The notes: generated by a model from the sequence alone, not told the origin. A DNA stretch of 59,151 nucleotides from a virus (IMGVR_UViG_3300048837_000495:1-59151), one strand, 5' to 3'; shown: positions 49,937 through 58,310, counted from the stretch's first letter. Translations and numbers: made by a program.

Positions 49937-50736
49937 CCCTCAACAGGGCACCATTTTGCCGAGCACAGCCCGGACTGTTTAGGCGGAAACCTCTCGTTAT
50001 TCCAAGCGTCTTCCATACGGTGAACTCGCGGCAGAAACTCGGCCCAGATAGCCGGGATGTCTTCCTTGGAAGCGGGACGTGCGCCGGTGGTGACTTTGTG
50101 CTTGGTCCAGATGTACTTTCCCTCGAAGTAAACAAGTGAGGGGCGGGCCACCGAGAGAGCCGCGAAATTCAATCGGATCTGGTCGTCATTGTCCTTGATC
50201 TTTCCGCCCGTTTTCCAATCCAAGATCGTGCAGGCTTTCATACTGTTCACACCAATGTCCTTGGTCACGACAACGTCGATCTTCACCCGGAGCCAAGCGT
50301 TCTTGTCGAACCACTTGCATGGCCGCATTGCGCGGGTCAGCGCGAGTTCGACCTCGGCCTCTTTCTTATGCGGGCTGGAGAGTATAGCGTTCAGGTATGG
50401 CTGCACCTCAAGCTCGGCTTCCGGGTCGTCATGCGGAATGCCTTTAATGCGCTTCTCAGGCAGCGCGTGGACCCTATTCCCCCAGATGATCGCCTCAGTT
50501 TCATGGAACGGCGCGGTGCAGTAGAAATGCTTGGCGGCGTACTGTCTTGGGCACGTCTCAAAATCGGCAAGCCGGGAATGGGACCAGGAAAATGGCTTTC
50601 CTTTGGCGTTTAGTACTGGGGTCATCGGCGTTACCTCAAAAGATTTAACAGGTATGTCTCCCTCACAGTTCGGGCACCCGCAGCCAAACTGCTCTGCCGC
50701 TGCCTCGTACCCACACTTCTCGCATTGGTGTTTCAT
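49915..50736 (-). CDS. PD-(D/E)xK (Cas4/RecB-like) exonuclease
   Basis: SWSHSRL..FETCP, KID, ILDWKTG, GLC..WC...C. Confidence 0.85.
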   Translation of the reverse strand: MKHQCEKCGYEAAAEQFGCGCPNCEGDIPVKSFEVTPMTPVLNAKGKPFSWSHSRLADFETCPRQYAAKHFYCTAPFHETEAIIWGNRVHALPEKRIKGIPHDDPEAELEVQPYLNAILSSPHKKEAEVELALTRAMRPCKWFDKNAWLRVKIDVVVTKDIGVNSMKACTILDWKTGGKIKDNDDQIRLNFAALSVARPSLVYFEGKYIWTKHKVTTGARPASKEDIPAIWAEFLPRVHRMEDAWNNERFPPKQSGLCSAKWCPVEGCEMRRG

Positions 50737-50755
50737 ATTAGTGGCTATCAGTATT

Positions 50756-50877
50756 TGGTGCCAGCGGCAGGGTTCGAACCTGCACGTTAGATGCTTTAAC
50801 CGTCTCTAACAAGTATCGCCTCGAACGGCGTTTGCGTGTTGGTCAATCTTCGCGTCTACCAATTCCGCCACGCTGGC
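50756..50877 (-). tRNA. Aberrant 122-nt Leu-type tRNA-like RNA with expanded central region
   Basis: Acceptor GCCAGCG/CGCTGGC + ACCA, D arm GCGGAATTGGTAGACGC, T arm GCAGG-TTCGAAC-CCTGC. Confidence 0.75.
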
Positions 50878-50887
50878 TCGTTTTGAC

Positions 50888-50953
50888 TCGCCGCAGTCAA
50901 TGTGGCTCTCAAGTTCGCCGCAGTCAATGTGGCTCTCAATATCGCCGCTGTCA
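50888..50953. repeat. 27-bp-period tandem repeat (two full copies plus a partial)
   Basis: TCGCCGCAGTCAATGTGGCTCTCAA x2, then TCGCCGCTGTCA. Confidence 0.85.
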
Positions 50954-51090
50954 TCGCGATCGCTTCGCTCTCTCATTTACTGTGAGCCGCAGTCACGCGC
51001 TTCAAGTGGCGCGGCGCCCACCATTGAGGAGGGAGATCACTCCTCGGGTTACTGCGGAGCAGCGTGTGCCGGTTTCTGCGCCCTCAATAA

Positions 51091-51162
51091 GGGACCGGCA
51101 AGGAATCGAACCTTGCACAGCGTTTCCCGCTCGCTTTACCTATGGCATCGCTTTTACGGCCC
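51091..51162 (-). ncRNA. Second, degenerate tRNA-like element
   Basis: T arm GCAAGG-TTCGATT-CCTTGC, GGGCCG/CGGTCC acceptor-like stem, AGCG-GGAAA-CGCT hairpin; no clear D arm or CCA. Confidence 0.5.
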
Positions 51163-51179
51163 GATTGTGGCCACAATCC

Positions 51180-51740
51180 GCTGACTAGGTGCGTTGTTTA
51201 TTGCGCAACACTTTCTGCGTCTCACCTTTCCGCCACGGTCCCTACCCCAAAAGCCCCCGCCATTCTTCGTGGCTAAGGGGCGAGGGCTTAGCTTTGCGAA
51301 GGCCGGTAACATCCGATGTCCGGCCGTTCGATACATTTTTATTGGTTCAGGGACGATCTCTTATTCTCATGGCTGCACCGTTGCAGATTCCCGATCTTGT
51401 TACCGTCGCCACCGGCTTGTTTGGCTATTTTGTTATCGCCGAATTGTTTCCCGGCCAGCGCCTACCGGCTTCCTGTCTGCTACATGGCGTCACCCGTCGG
51501 TTGAACTGAAACTTTAGGCTATAAGGTCGCCACCCTCCTACGCCCTCAACCCCGCACCGAGTGCCTTACTGCGACGTGGCAGCGTCTTGGCACACAGCTA
51601 ACGGGGCTACTATCTGAGGGGCCGTTTCCATCGATTTGCCTGCACGGCCGCAGGGTGCGGTTACCTACCGCTAAGAGGGGGTAGAAGGTGAGCTACCCAA
51701 ACTTTCTAACGAGCGGATCGATGGTGCCAAGGAAACCTAC
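51180..51740 (-). ncRNA. Candidate large structured non-coding RNA region
   Basis: No credible ORF; many nested inverted repeats; downstream of the promoter at 52070. Confidence 0.45.
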
Positions 51741-51742
51741 GA

Positions 51743-51979
51743 CTACTCAACCCGCCAACAGCGGAACCCGCCATCAACGCGGCGAACGGTGAACTTGAAG
51801 CCGAACTTTTTAGCGGCTTGCCGGGCTGACGACCGGAGAGATCCGTCGGTCTTCGGTTTGCCGTCGACCTGCGGCACGAAAAACGAGTCACCCACTTCCA
51901 TGGTTGCGAACGGGTAAACCGATTTTCCCACAAAGATTTTCTTGGCCGGTACTTCGATTCCTTTCTCGATCTGATACAT
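51743..51979 (-). CDS. Small basic protein, probably DNA-binding
   Basis: IEKGIEVP...YPF..MEVGDSFFVP...RCWRVE; SD GGAGG. Confidence 0.75.
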   Translation of the reverse strand: MYQIEKGIEVPAKKIFVGKSVYPFATMEVGDSFFVPQVDGKPKTDGSLRSSARQAAKKFGFKFTVRRVDGGFRCWRVE

Positions 51980-52041
51980 GTGCTGCTCCTCCCTGTTTTT
52001 GCTGGTGTGCTTGGCTGATGCCGAGCTTCATGTTATGCTTT

Positions 52042-52070
52042 ACCTTAACACACTGTTACTGAGTTTACAA
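52042..52070 (-). promoter_or_regulatory. Putative sigma70 promoter for the small gene and ncRNA locus
   Basis: TTGTAA-17bp-TAAGGT with TG extension. Confidence 0.45.
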
Positions 52071-52091
52071 CTAAAAAGTGATGCGGGTGTA

Positions 52092-54254
52092 TTATTTATC
52101 GCACTCGCCATAACTGCGAGCATACCCACCGGACGACTTGAGAGGGAGGTCGGCGCACCATGACGGTGGTGTCCGCATCTCTTTCTCCATCAGCGCAAGA
52201 CACGCATCGGCGTACCGTTCGGGAACGACAGCTATTAGTTCGTCATGAGTGCTTGAGACGATCCTTGCTTCCTCTCCAGCACGTAACCGATAGAGTTTCA
52301 TCTGCGGAAGTATGCGCAAAAGCTGGTCCGAGAGAACGAGCCGGGACAATGCCTGGACGATGTTCTCAACGCATTTCCCTCCATAGATATAGGTCCATTG
52401 CTTCTTGCGAGCGTTCGATAAATATTTCCACTCCCCACTTTTGGTACTCCGCAACTTGTGGTAGCGGATTTTCATACCGTTCGGCAGCCGGAACCCATCC
52501 GCGCAGGTTGTAACCATACCCCTCTGGCCGACTTCAACCTCAACCCCGTTGGAAATATATTGCAGCGCGTTCTGCGCTTCCTTCCACAAGCGGACGATGG
52601 CGTCGTTACTCTCCCGGTACTTGTCAACGATCTGCTTGGTCGCTGCGCAATGCCACAGGTGCGCTTCCTCGCCCACGTTCAACGGTTTCATGGCAAGCGC
52701 CTCGTCACGCAGGGTGCCACAGCCTTTTTTATAACTGCGGCCGCAGCAAAACACGTCGATGTCCGCTCCGAGCTTCCTGGCCGCGGCCTCATCGAAAAGG
52801 ACTGGTGGGGCACCCATGAACCCAACGCGAAGTGACTCCTGGAATTTCCCCCACCCCATCCCATAACCATTACCGAGTGTACTGCACTTACCGACTAGGC
52901 CCTCAAGGAAAAACTCGTCAAGTTTACGGTTTACCTCGTACCCGAAAATCTTTGACGCTTGTCGGTTGTACGGGTCGCCGCCTGTTTTGAACAGCATCAG
53001 GAGGTCTTCTTGCCCCGCCACATAGGCGAGCATCCTGGCCTCGATCTGCCCAAGGTCGCGCACGACAACGGCATGCCCTGGAGGGGCAACCAGCGACATG
53101 CGCAGCGCCCCGGCGGTGATGTCTTTCGGATTTACCCGGTTCAAGTTTTGCGCGTTTTGCTTGTCGCCCCCGGACCAGCGGTTGGTATGCGCTCCGTAGT
53201 AGTTCAGGTACACCGGAAACCGACCGCGCTTGCCGATTTTGTAGAACCGCTTGCTTCGTGTTTCCTTAATCGTTGACTTGATCCCAAGCCGGGCCTCGAC
53301 AACAGCCTGCACCTGTGGGTCCGGGTGCTCAAGAAGAAGTTTGAACTCCTCGTCGGATTTCCCGAAGGCGTACGCCCACGGGTAGGCATTACCCTCGGCC
53401 TTGAGCCGAACCCGCTCCGCTGGGTCTTTCACACCTTTCGTTGTAAACGAGGGGAGAATACCCCGAGGCGGGTCGCCAACGTTGTCCGGGTCAACTCGAC
53501 CGTCCTTTACTTTTGCCGGGCTAAGTTTTTTCGGGGGGTCAACCCCAAGGCCAAGCAAAAGCGCGGCGAACTGGTCGTTGGATGCAAGGACGGACTTGTC
53601 GGCGCTTGCCTGCTTAAGCAGTGCCCGCTTGGTCCTGCGCTCCTGCTTGTAGGCCGCGACGAGGGGCACCGGGTCCACCTGGAGGGCTGGCTCGGTAAAA
53701 CAGCGAATTGTCCAGTCGATCAGCCGTAGCTCGCTCACCGGGAAATGTCCCTTCATCGCGTCAAAATTGGCCGCTGTAAGCTCGACATCGTTCAGGCAGT
53801 ACGAACCTATGGTCTGCTGCTCCGCGTCCGTCAGGAGCCAGTTCCCGGCGAAACTGGCCAGCTCAACGCCCTTCTCCCCAGTTCCGAGGAGTTTTGAGAT
53901 ATTGGCCAGGCTTGCCGACTCATGCGGGAACACTGCTCGGGCCATGGACATGGTGCAGCCCCAAAACGCTGGGCGGATACCAGCCCGCCAGGAGAGGATG
54001 GCCCCGTCAAACTGCGCATGGTGTGCAATAACCCAGGACTTCTCCCACGGGTGGGTTTTCAGGAAATGGAGGAGGTCATCCGGCTTGTGGAGATAAAACG
54101 CTCGCTCGGTCCCAATCTTCACCCCCAGCCCGTGCGCTTTGAACAATTTGTGCCGCACATACTCCTCGGTTGTCATCGAGGACAGGGTGTAATTGAGCCC
54201 AGTCTGTGGGTGCTTGCCGTAGGCGGTTTCCCAGTCGAGGACGACGCGGATCAT
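52092..54254 (-). CDS. Family A DNA polymerase with 3'-5' exonuclease
   Basis: Exo LDWET, HHAQFD, YCLND; motif A DLGQIEAR, B K...LG..YG, C THDE. Confidence 0.93.
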   Translation of the reverse strand: MIRVVLDWETAYGKHPQTGLNYTLSSMTTEEYVRHKLFKAHGLGVKIGTERAFYLHKPDDLLHFLKTHPWEKSWVIAHHAQFDGAILSWRAGIRPAFWGCTMSMARAVFPHESASLANISKLLGTGEKGVELASFAGNWLLTDAEQQTIGSYCLNDVELTAANFDAMKGHFPVSELRLIDWTIRCFTEPALQVDPVPLVAAYKQERRTKRALLKQASADKSVLASNDQFAALLLGLGVDPPKKLSPAKVKDGRVDPDNVGDPPRGILPSFTTKGVKDPAERVRLKAEGNAYPWAYAFGKSDEEFKLLLEHPDPQVQAVVEARLGIKSTIKETRSKRFYKIGKRGRFPVYLNYYGAHTNRWSGGDKQNAQNLNRVNPKDITAGALRMSLVAPPGHAVVVRDLGQIEARMLAYVAGQEDLLMLFKTGGDPYNRQASKIFGYEVNRKLDEFFLEGLVGKCSTLGNGYGMGWGKFQESLRVGFMGAPPVLFDEAAARKLGADIDVFCCGRSYKKGCGTLRDEALAMKPLNVGEEAHLWHCAATKQIVDKYRESNDAIVRLWKEAQNALQYISNGVEVEVGQRGMVTTCADGFRLPNGMKIRYHKLRSTKSGEWKYLSNARKKQWTYIYGGKCVENIVQALSRLVLSDQLLRILPQMKLYRLRAGEEARIVSSTHDELIAVVPERYADACLALMEKEMRTPPSWCADLPLKSSGGYARSYGECDK

Positions 54255-54448
54255 TTCATCATCCTCCCCTGCGCGTAGCGCAGCAACGTGTCAAGATTTT
54301 TATAGTTCTCCATCTTTGGCTGGCGGTGGCCTTTTTCCCAGCTTACCCAGGTCGAGACGGACACCTCCAGCAGTCGGGCCATTTCCGCCTGGGTTCTACC
54401 GAGTTGGACGCGGAGGTTTACAAATGTTTCAGGCAGGTAGTTTTTCAC
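54251..54448 (-). CDS. XRE-family HTH regulator
   Basis: LGRTQAEMARLLEVSVSTWVSWEKG..QP. Confidence 0.85.
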   Translation of the reverse strand: MKNYLPETFVNLRVQLGRTQAEMARLLEVSVSTWVSWEKGHRQPKMENYKNLDTLLRYAQGRMMK

Positions 54449-54641
54449 TCGGCCCCTCGCTGTATAGCTGCTCTATTTTATGAGACACCCAGGGCCAGTA
54501 CCCAAGCCGGGTGTCGCCGTTCTGGACCTCGAATTTCCAATCTTCGGTCGGGTAGCCTGGGTGCTCGCCCCACACGCCGCCAAACTCATCGGCGAGAACT
54601 TCTTCGGCTCGGTTTCGATATGTGTTCAGTTTTTCGGGCAT
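54429..54641 (-). CDS. Hypothetical protein
   Basis: DWK.EV.NGDTRLGYW.WV; SD GGAGG. Confidence 0.7.
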   Translation of the reverse strand: MPEKLNTYRNRAEEVLADEFGGVWGEHPGYPTEDWKFEVQNGDTRLGYWPWVSHKIEQLYSEGPSEKLPA

Positions 54642-54657
54642 GATTTCCTCCTTTGGG

Positions 54658-55047
54658 TCATTGGCACCCCAGCGCGCACTCGGCCCCGGTCAAATACTCC
54701 AGGCACGACCGAGGAATTTTTCTCAGGTTATAACCGCGCCCCTCGTCGCCGAGGGCTTGCCACTCCTCGTTGCCAAAATCGGCCGGGTCGCCGACCGAGA
54801 GCAGCGGCTCCCCCGAGATTTTGAACCCTTTGGGCGCTGGCGGTTTGAGGATGTCAGGATGTTGCCAGTCTTTCGCTTTCAGGCGCTGGGTCCACCCGTG
54901 GTGGTTGTCGAAGCCAATCAATTTGGCGAGAAATTTGGAAGTAAAGACGCCTGCGTCGGTCGTGACGAGGAGCGTCAGCGTGCCGTCTACGTTGACCTTT
55001 TTCGGTGGCTTGGTGATCTTGGTTGGTTTTGCGGTTGGGTCATTCAT
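54658..55047 (-). CDS. Hypothetical protein
   Basis: 129-aa coupled ORF with SD. Confidence 0.65.
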   Translation of the reverse strand: MNDPTAKPTKITKPPKKVNVDGTLTLLVTTDAGVFTSKFLAKLIGFDNHHGWTQRLKAKDWQHPDILKPPAPKGFKISGEPLLSVGDPADFGNEEWQALGDEGRGYNLRKIPRSCLEYLTGAECALGCQ

Positions 55048-55252
55048 TACCGGCTACCTCCTCGTCAAAGTGTTGTTTAGCCATGCGTAGCACACTTTCC
55101 GCGCCCTCGTCAACATAGAACCGCGCAAAGTGGAGCAGGTCGGTAATAAGATCAACAACTCTTGAGCCGATCGGCTCTTGCGAGTTGCTTTCGTAGGCCC
55201 TAAGTACCTTGGCTGCCCGCGTTGCTCTTGTGTTATTTTCGTGCTCGTTCAT
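55040..55252 (-). CDS. Hypothetical protein
   Basis: DLITDLLHFA motif; coupled. Confidence 0.65.
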   Translation of the reverse strand: MNEHENNTRATRAAKVLRAYESNSQEPIGSRVVDLITDLLHFARFYVDEGAESVLRMAKQHFDEEVAGNE

Positions 55253-55488
55253 AACCTCACCCCCAACAAAGTAAGTTGTGCCTTGTTCATATGATGCCCC
55301 TCAAACAGGCCAATACAGGCGTAGTCCTGCGGGTCGTTAGCGTCCCGGTGATCGAGGACGTAGACCTCAGTTTGTGCTTGGGATACTGCGGCGGCTTCGC
55401 TACTCGCGGTAACATGAGCCGTGTAAGTATCCACGGTGCTCTCGGCGATGTAGTCGGGGCGGAGAAGTAAGACGGTGTAGGGTTTCAT
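55249..55488 (-). CDS. Hypothetical protein
   Basis: YTVLLLRPDY; SD AGGAG. Confidence 0.65.
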   Translation of the reverse strand: MKPYTVLLLRPDYIAESTVDTYTAHVTASSEAAAVSQAQTEVYVLDHRDANDPQDYACIGLFEGHHMNKAQLTLLGVRL

Positions 55489-55500
55489 GGTTATTGGCTC

Positions 55501-55944
55501 CTATTCACGATAAAGGTATGTCACGCCTTCATAGTCCACGCTGGAGTAGTCCATGCGGAGAGAATCGGCGGCTTGTTCCCAGTCAATGCAATCGAATGGC
55601 CAGGATGATTTACGGATGTCGTTGCCGTAGAGGTCTTCCGCGAGGTCGCGTGCGTAGTCCTCGAAATCATCATCAGGGATAAGCACAATGCCATCGCGCC
55701 AAGAGCGGCGGTCGAACTCGTCGCGGAGGTTATTGAGGGCGTCAAGCTCGTCTTGGTTGTCCGCTACCCACTCGTCAAGATCGCGGCGGGCTTGGTCAAG
55801 TTCAATTTCGGCGTCGTCGCGGTCATCTTCATCCGCCTCGGCAAGGGCTTCCTCGGCTTCGGTTACTGCGGATTTCAGGGTTTCAAGCTCGTCCTCAAGC
55901 TCTTGTCTGCGGTCTTCAAGATCGCGGGTGTCAAGGTAACTCAT
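55501..55944 (-). CDS. Highly acidic early protein (possible antirestriction/DNA mimic)
   Basis: Very D/E-rich; C-terminal FEDYARDLAED...CIDWEQAA..L.MDY resembles ArdA-type C-termini. Confidence 0.55.
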   Translation of the reverse strand: MSYLDTRDLEDRRQELEDELETLKSAVTEAEEALAEADEDDRDDAEIELDQARRDLDEWVADNQDELDALNNLRDEFDRRSWRDGIVLIPDDDFEDYARDLAEDLYGNDIRKSSWPFDCIDWEQAADSLRMDYSSVDYEGVTYLYRE

Positions 55945-55965
55945 GGTTGTGTCTCCTATAAAGTT

Positions 55966-56130
55966 TTAATCGTCAATGCGCCCAATAATGATAGCGCTTT
56001 TTGCGTGGTCAATGTATACGCTGTTTATTTCTCGGCCTTGTGTGTCGGTAATAACGTAGTCCGGCACGTTGTCGGCTGCAATCTCTTCAACGATAGCTAC
56101 TAAGTCATCAATAGTCATAGGCTCGCTCAT
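55966..56130 (-). CDS. Small hypothetical protein (54 aa)
   Basis: Same leader AGGAGACACAACC-ATG as the next gene; fills the gap; not in the ORF track. Confidence 0.6.
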   Translation of the reverse strand: MSEPMTIDDLVAIVEEIAADNVPDYVITDTQGREINSVYIDHAKSAIIIGRIDD

Positions 56131-56756
56131 GGTTGTGTCTCCTCGTTACGTTTTGCCTGTTCGGCCTTTAACTCCGCGACAAGGCCACGGAGGGTCAGAA
56201 GCATGTTTTTCGGCATGGCGGTGACGCCGTTCTCCCACCTATTGAGCGTGACCCGAGTGACGCCAAGACGGTCGGCGAGCTGTTGCTGGGTCAGGTGAAA
56301 ATGGGAGCGCAGGGTTTTTATGTGCTCGGGTGTGGCTCGCGGGGCTGGCCGAGTTGTTGACTCATGCAGGGCCAGGAAACGGGCTGCAAGGTCGCTAGGC
56401 ATCTGCGAGACTGATAGTCCTTGCTCATACCCTCGCCAGGTGTTGTAATGCACCTCGGCCCAATCTGCGGCTTCCTGGAGGGTCCAGCCGATAGCATAGC
56501 GCATTCGGCGAATTTCCGAGCCAGTGAGGATGATGTTAAAATCGCGGCCCAGCTGGGCTCGATGGGCCAAGACGAAATCAACAAACGTTTGCGGTACTGG
56601 AGTTTTCGAGCGGAACACTCGGCGCACCTGATCCACTGGAAGCGACATACGCTGGGCGAGAGCCTCGGCGCCGAGAGCCACGGAGAGCGCGAAACGTTTC
56701 AGTTCGGCCCCAATCATGTTTTCGGACGGTGAGAAAGGGCGGGTTGGTTTGGTCAT
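56127..56756 (-). CDS. Regulator with tandem XRE HTH domains
   Basis: GWTLQEAADW...WRGYEQG and LTQQQLADRLGVTRVTLNRWENG plus a degenerate first HTH; start ATG 56756. Confidence 0.8.
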   Translation of the reverse strand: MTKPTRPFSPSENMIGAELKRFALSVALGAEALAQRMSLPVDQVRRVFRSKTPVPQTFVDFVLAHRAQLGRDFNIILTGSEIRRMRYAIGWTLQEAADWAEVHYNTWRGYEQGLSVSQMPSDLAARFLALHESTTRPAPRATPEHIKTLRSHFHLTQQQLADRLGVTRVTLNRWENGVTAMPKNMLLTLRGLVAELKAEQAKRNEETQP

Positions 56757-56796
56757 GGTTTTTGTCTCCGGGCTGGAGGTTTTAGGTGTTTTATTT

Positions 56797-56825
56797 CTTA
56801 TACTCCACAGCGGCGATGGAGTCAA
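56797..56825 (-). promoter_or_regulatory. Putative sigma70 promoter
   Basis: TTGACT-17bp-TATAAG. Confidence 0.6.
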
Positions 56826-56846
56826 GGGAAAATGTTACGTGTGATG

Positions 56847-57050
56847 TGTATACATGTATAGTAACATGAAAACAGGGTTTTCCGGGTAGAGGCAGACTTT
56901 TTAGTGTTTGATGTGAGAGGGCTATACATGATGATACACGAGGGTAAATGTTCCAGTGTTAGGAAAATGTATAGAATCATGCACAGTAAAACGTAAAAAT
57001 AGCCTCTCTACTCCAAAAACCCTGTTTTCATGTTACTATACATATATACA
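56847..57050. repeat. 35-bp inverted repeat pair (56847-56881 / 57016-57050, 1 mismatch)
   Basis: TGTATAcATGTATAGTAACATGAAAACAGGGTTTT and its reverse complement in an AT-rich intergenic region. Confidence 0.9.
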
Positions 57051-57416
57051 TTAAATTCTAATCTATTTATATTTATTAAGAAAACTTTTCTTTTCCTAGC
57101 CACCGCTGGAGTTTTCGCCCTCCACGGCAAATGTATAAGATTATACAAAAGTAGCCTATCCTGTATAAACTAAGGCACAACAAATTTAAATAATTTTCTA
57201 TACAATGATACATTTACAAAAATTTTCGGTCGGTTTTCGGCATTTCAGTTTACAAAAATTTCGCTCCTACCCCTCCTGCTGGCCCCCCGTTAGCAGCCCG
57301 ATTTTGCCAGTTTCGGCCACCACTCCGTGGTACTTTTCAACCCACCCGAGATGTATAAGTTTATGCACATCGTTTTTTCCTAGCCAAGATTTGAGCGATT
57401 TCCTTCTCCCGCGCCT

Positions 57417-57448
57417 AACAACCCGCCCCGAAAACACAAGGGCGGGCG
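57417..57448 (-). terminator. Possible terminator after the pentapeptide gene
   Basis: CCCGCCC...GGGCGGG hairpin followed by TTGTT on the minus strand. Confidence 0.45.
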
Positions 57449-57460
57449 TGTATAGATGTT

Positions 57461-57955
57461 TTACATTTTGCTGTTTATTTCATCTGTCGCGTGCTCAAAT
57501 TCTTGCAACCATGCTTTTTGCTTTTCAGTCAGCCCGCCAGGGAAAAACTTAGTGCCGGCCGCGAACGCATGATAAAAAAGCTGTCTCGCCTGCTTCTCGT
57601 CAATGCTCACGCCGAGTGATCCACACCACAGCGGCCAGCATGAAAAATCTATGTTGGCCCCCCGCAAGTCGGCACCCTGCAAGTCGGCACCCTGCAAGTC
57701 GGCACCCTGCAAGTTGGCTCCCTGCAAGTCGGCACCCTGCAAGTTGGCTCCCTGCAAGTCGGCACCCTGCAAGTTGGCTCCCTGCAAGTCGGCACCCTGC
57801 AAGTTGGCTCCCTGCAAGTCGGCACCCTGCAAGTCGGCACCCTGCAAGTCGGCCCCCCGCAAGTCGGCCCCCCGCAAGTCGGCCCTTTCTCCTTCTTCAT
57901 CGGCCGATTCCAGCCAGGTTTTATGCGCCGCTAATATTTCCTTTACGTTTTCCAT
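57461..57955 (-). CDS. Pentapeptide repeat protein
   Basis: About 15 A[DN]L[QR]G repeats (15-bp DNA tandem 57655-57882), then [10 protein letters not shown]. Confidence 0.9.
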   Translation of the reverse strand: MENVKEILAAHKTWLESADEEGERADLRGADLRGADLQGADLQGADLQGANLQGADLQGANLQGADLQGANLQGADLQGANLQGADLQGADLQGADLRGANIDFSCWPLWCGSLGVSIDEKQARQLFYHAFAAGTKFFPGGLTEKQKAWLQEFEHATDEINSKM

Positions 57956-58037
57956 TTTTATTCTCCTTTATATATGTTCGATGTATCCGACTGCGCAGTA
58001 TAACACAAGCACAATCCACGGGGCGAGGGTGGGCCAG

Positions 58038-58310
58038 CTAATTAAGGTTCGCCAGTTCATATTCACCCGCCTTGATTTTTTGCTCGATCTCTTTTTTACT
58101 GGAAACGCGCAAGAGGCGGTTGAGGTATTTGCTTGTGGTCCGGGAATAGTCCCAGTACGTTTCATCGAGTTGGGTTTTTCCGCCCCAAGGCTTGAAGGCA
58201 ATTATTGACCTGTAACTTTGGAAGTATATACCTTCTTCCGTGCATATCTCAAATTGGTTCGGCACATCGTTTCCGTTAGGGCTTTTCATATTGTATACTT
58301 TCGTTTTCAT
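58038..58310 (-). CDS. Early hypothetical protein
   Basis: VPNQF.I, YFQSY, WDYSRTTSKY; SD GAGGG. Confidence 0.75.
   Translation of the reverse strand: MKTKVYNMKSPNGNDVPNQFEICTEEGIYFQSYRSIIAFKPWGGKTQLDETYWDYSRTTSKYLNRLLRVSSKKEIEQKIKAGEYELANLN

Noticed and set aside
50832-51517. Short + strand ORFs within the non-coding locus
   Set aside because: Opposite to local transcription, non-ATG starts, no SD, overlapping tRNA-like structures
57603-58208. Alternative-frame repeat ORFs (CKSAP, ASRHP, CRVPT)
   Set aside because: Other frames of the 15-bp pentapeptide repeat; only A[DN]LxG matches a known family and has an SD
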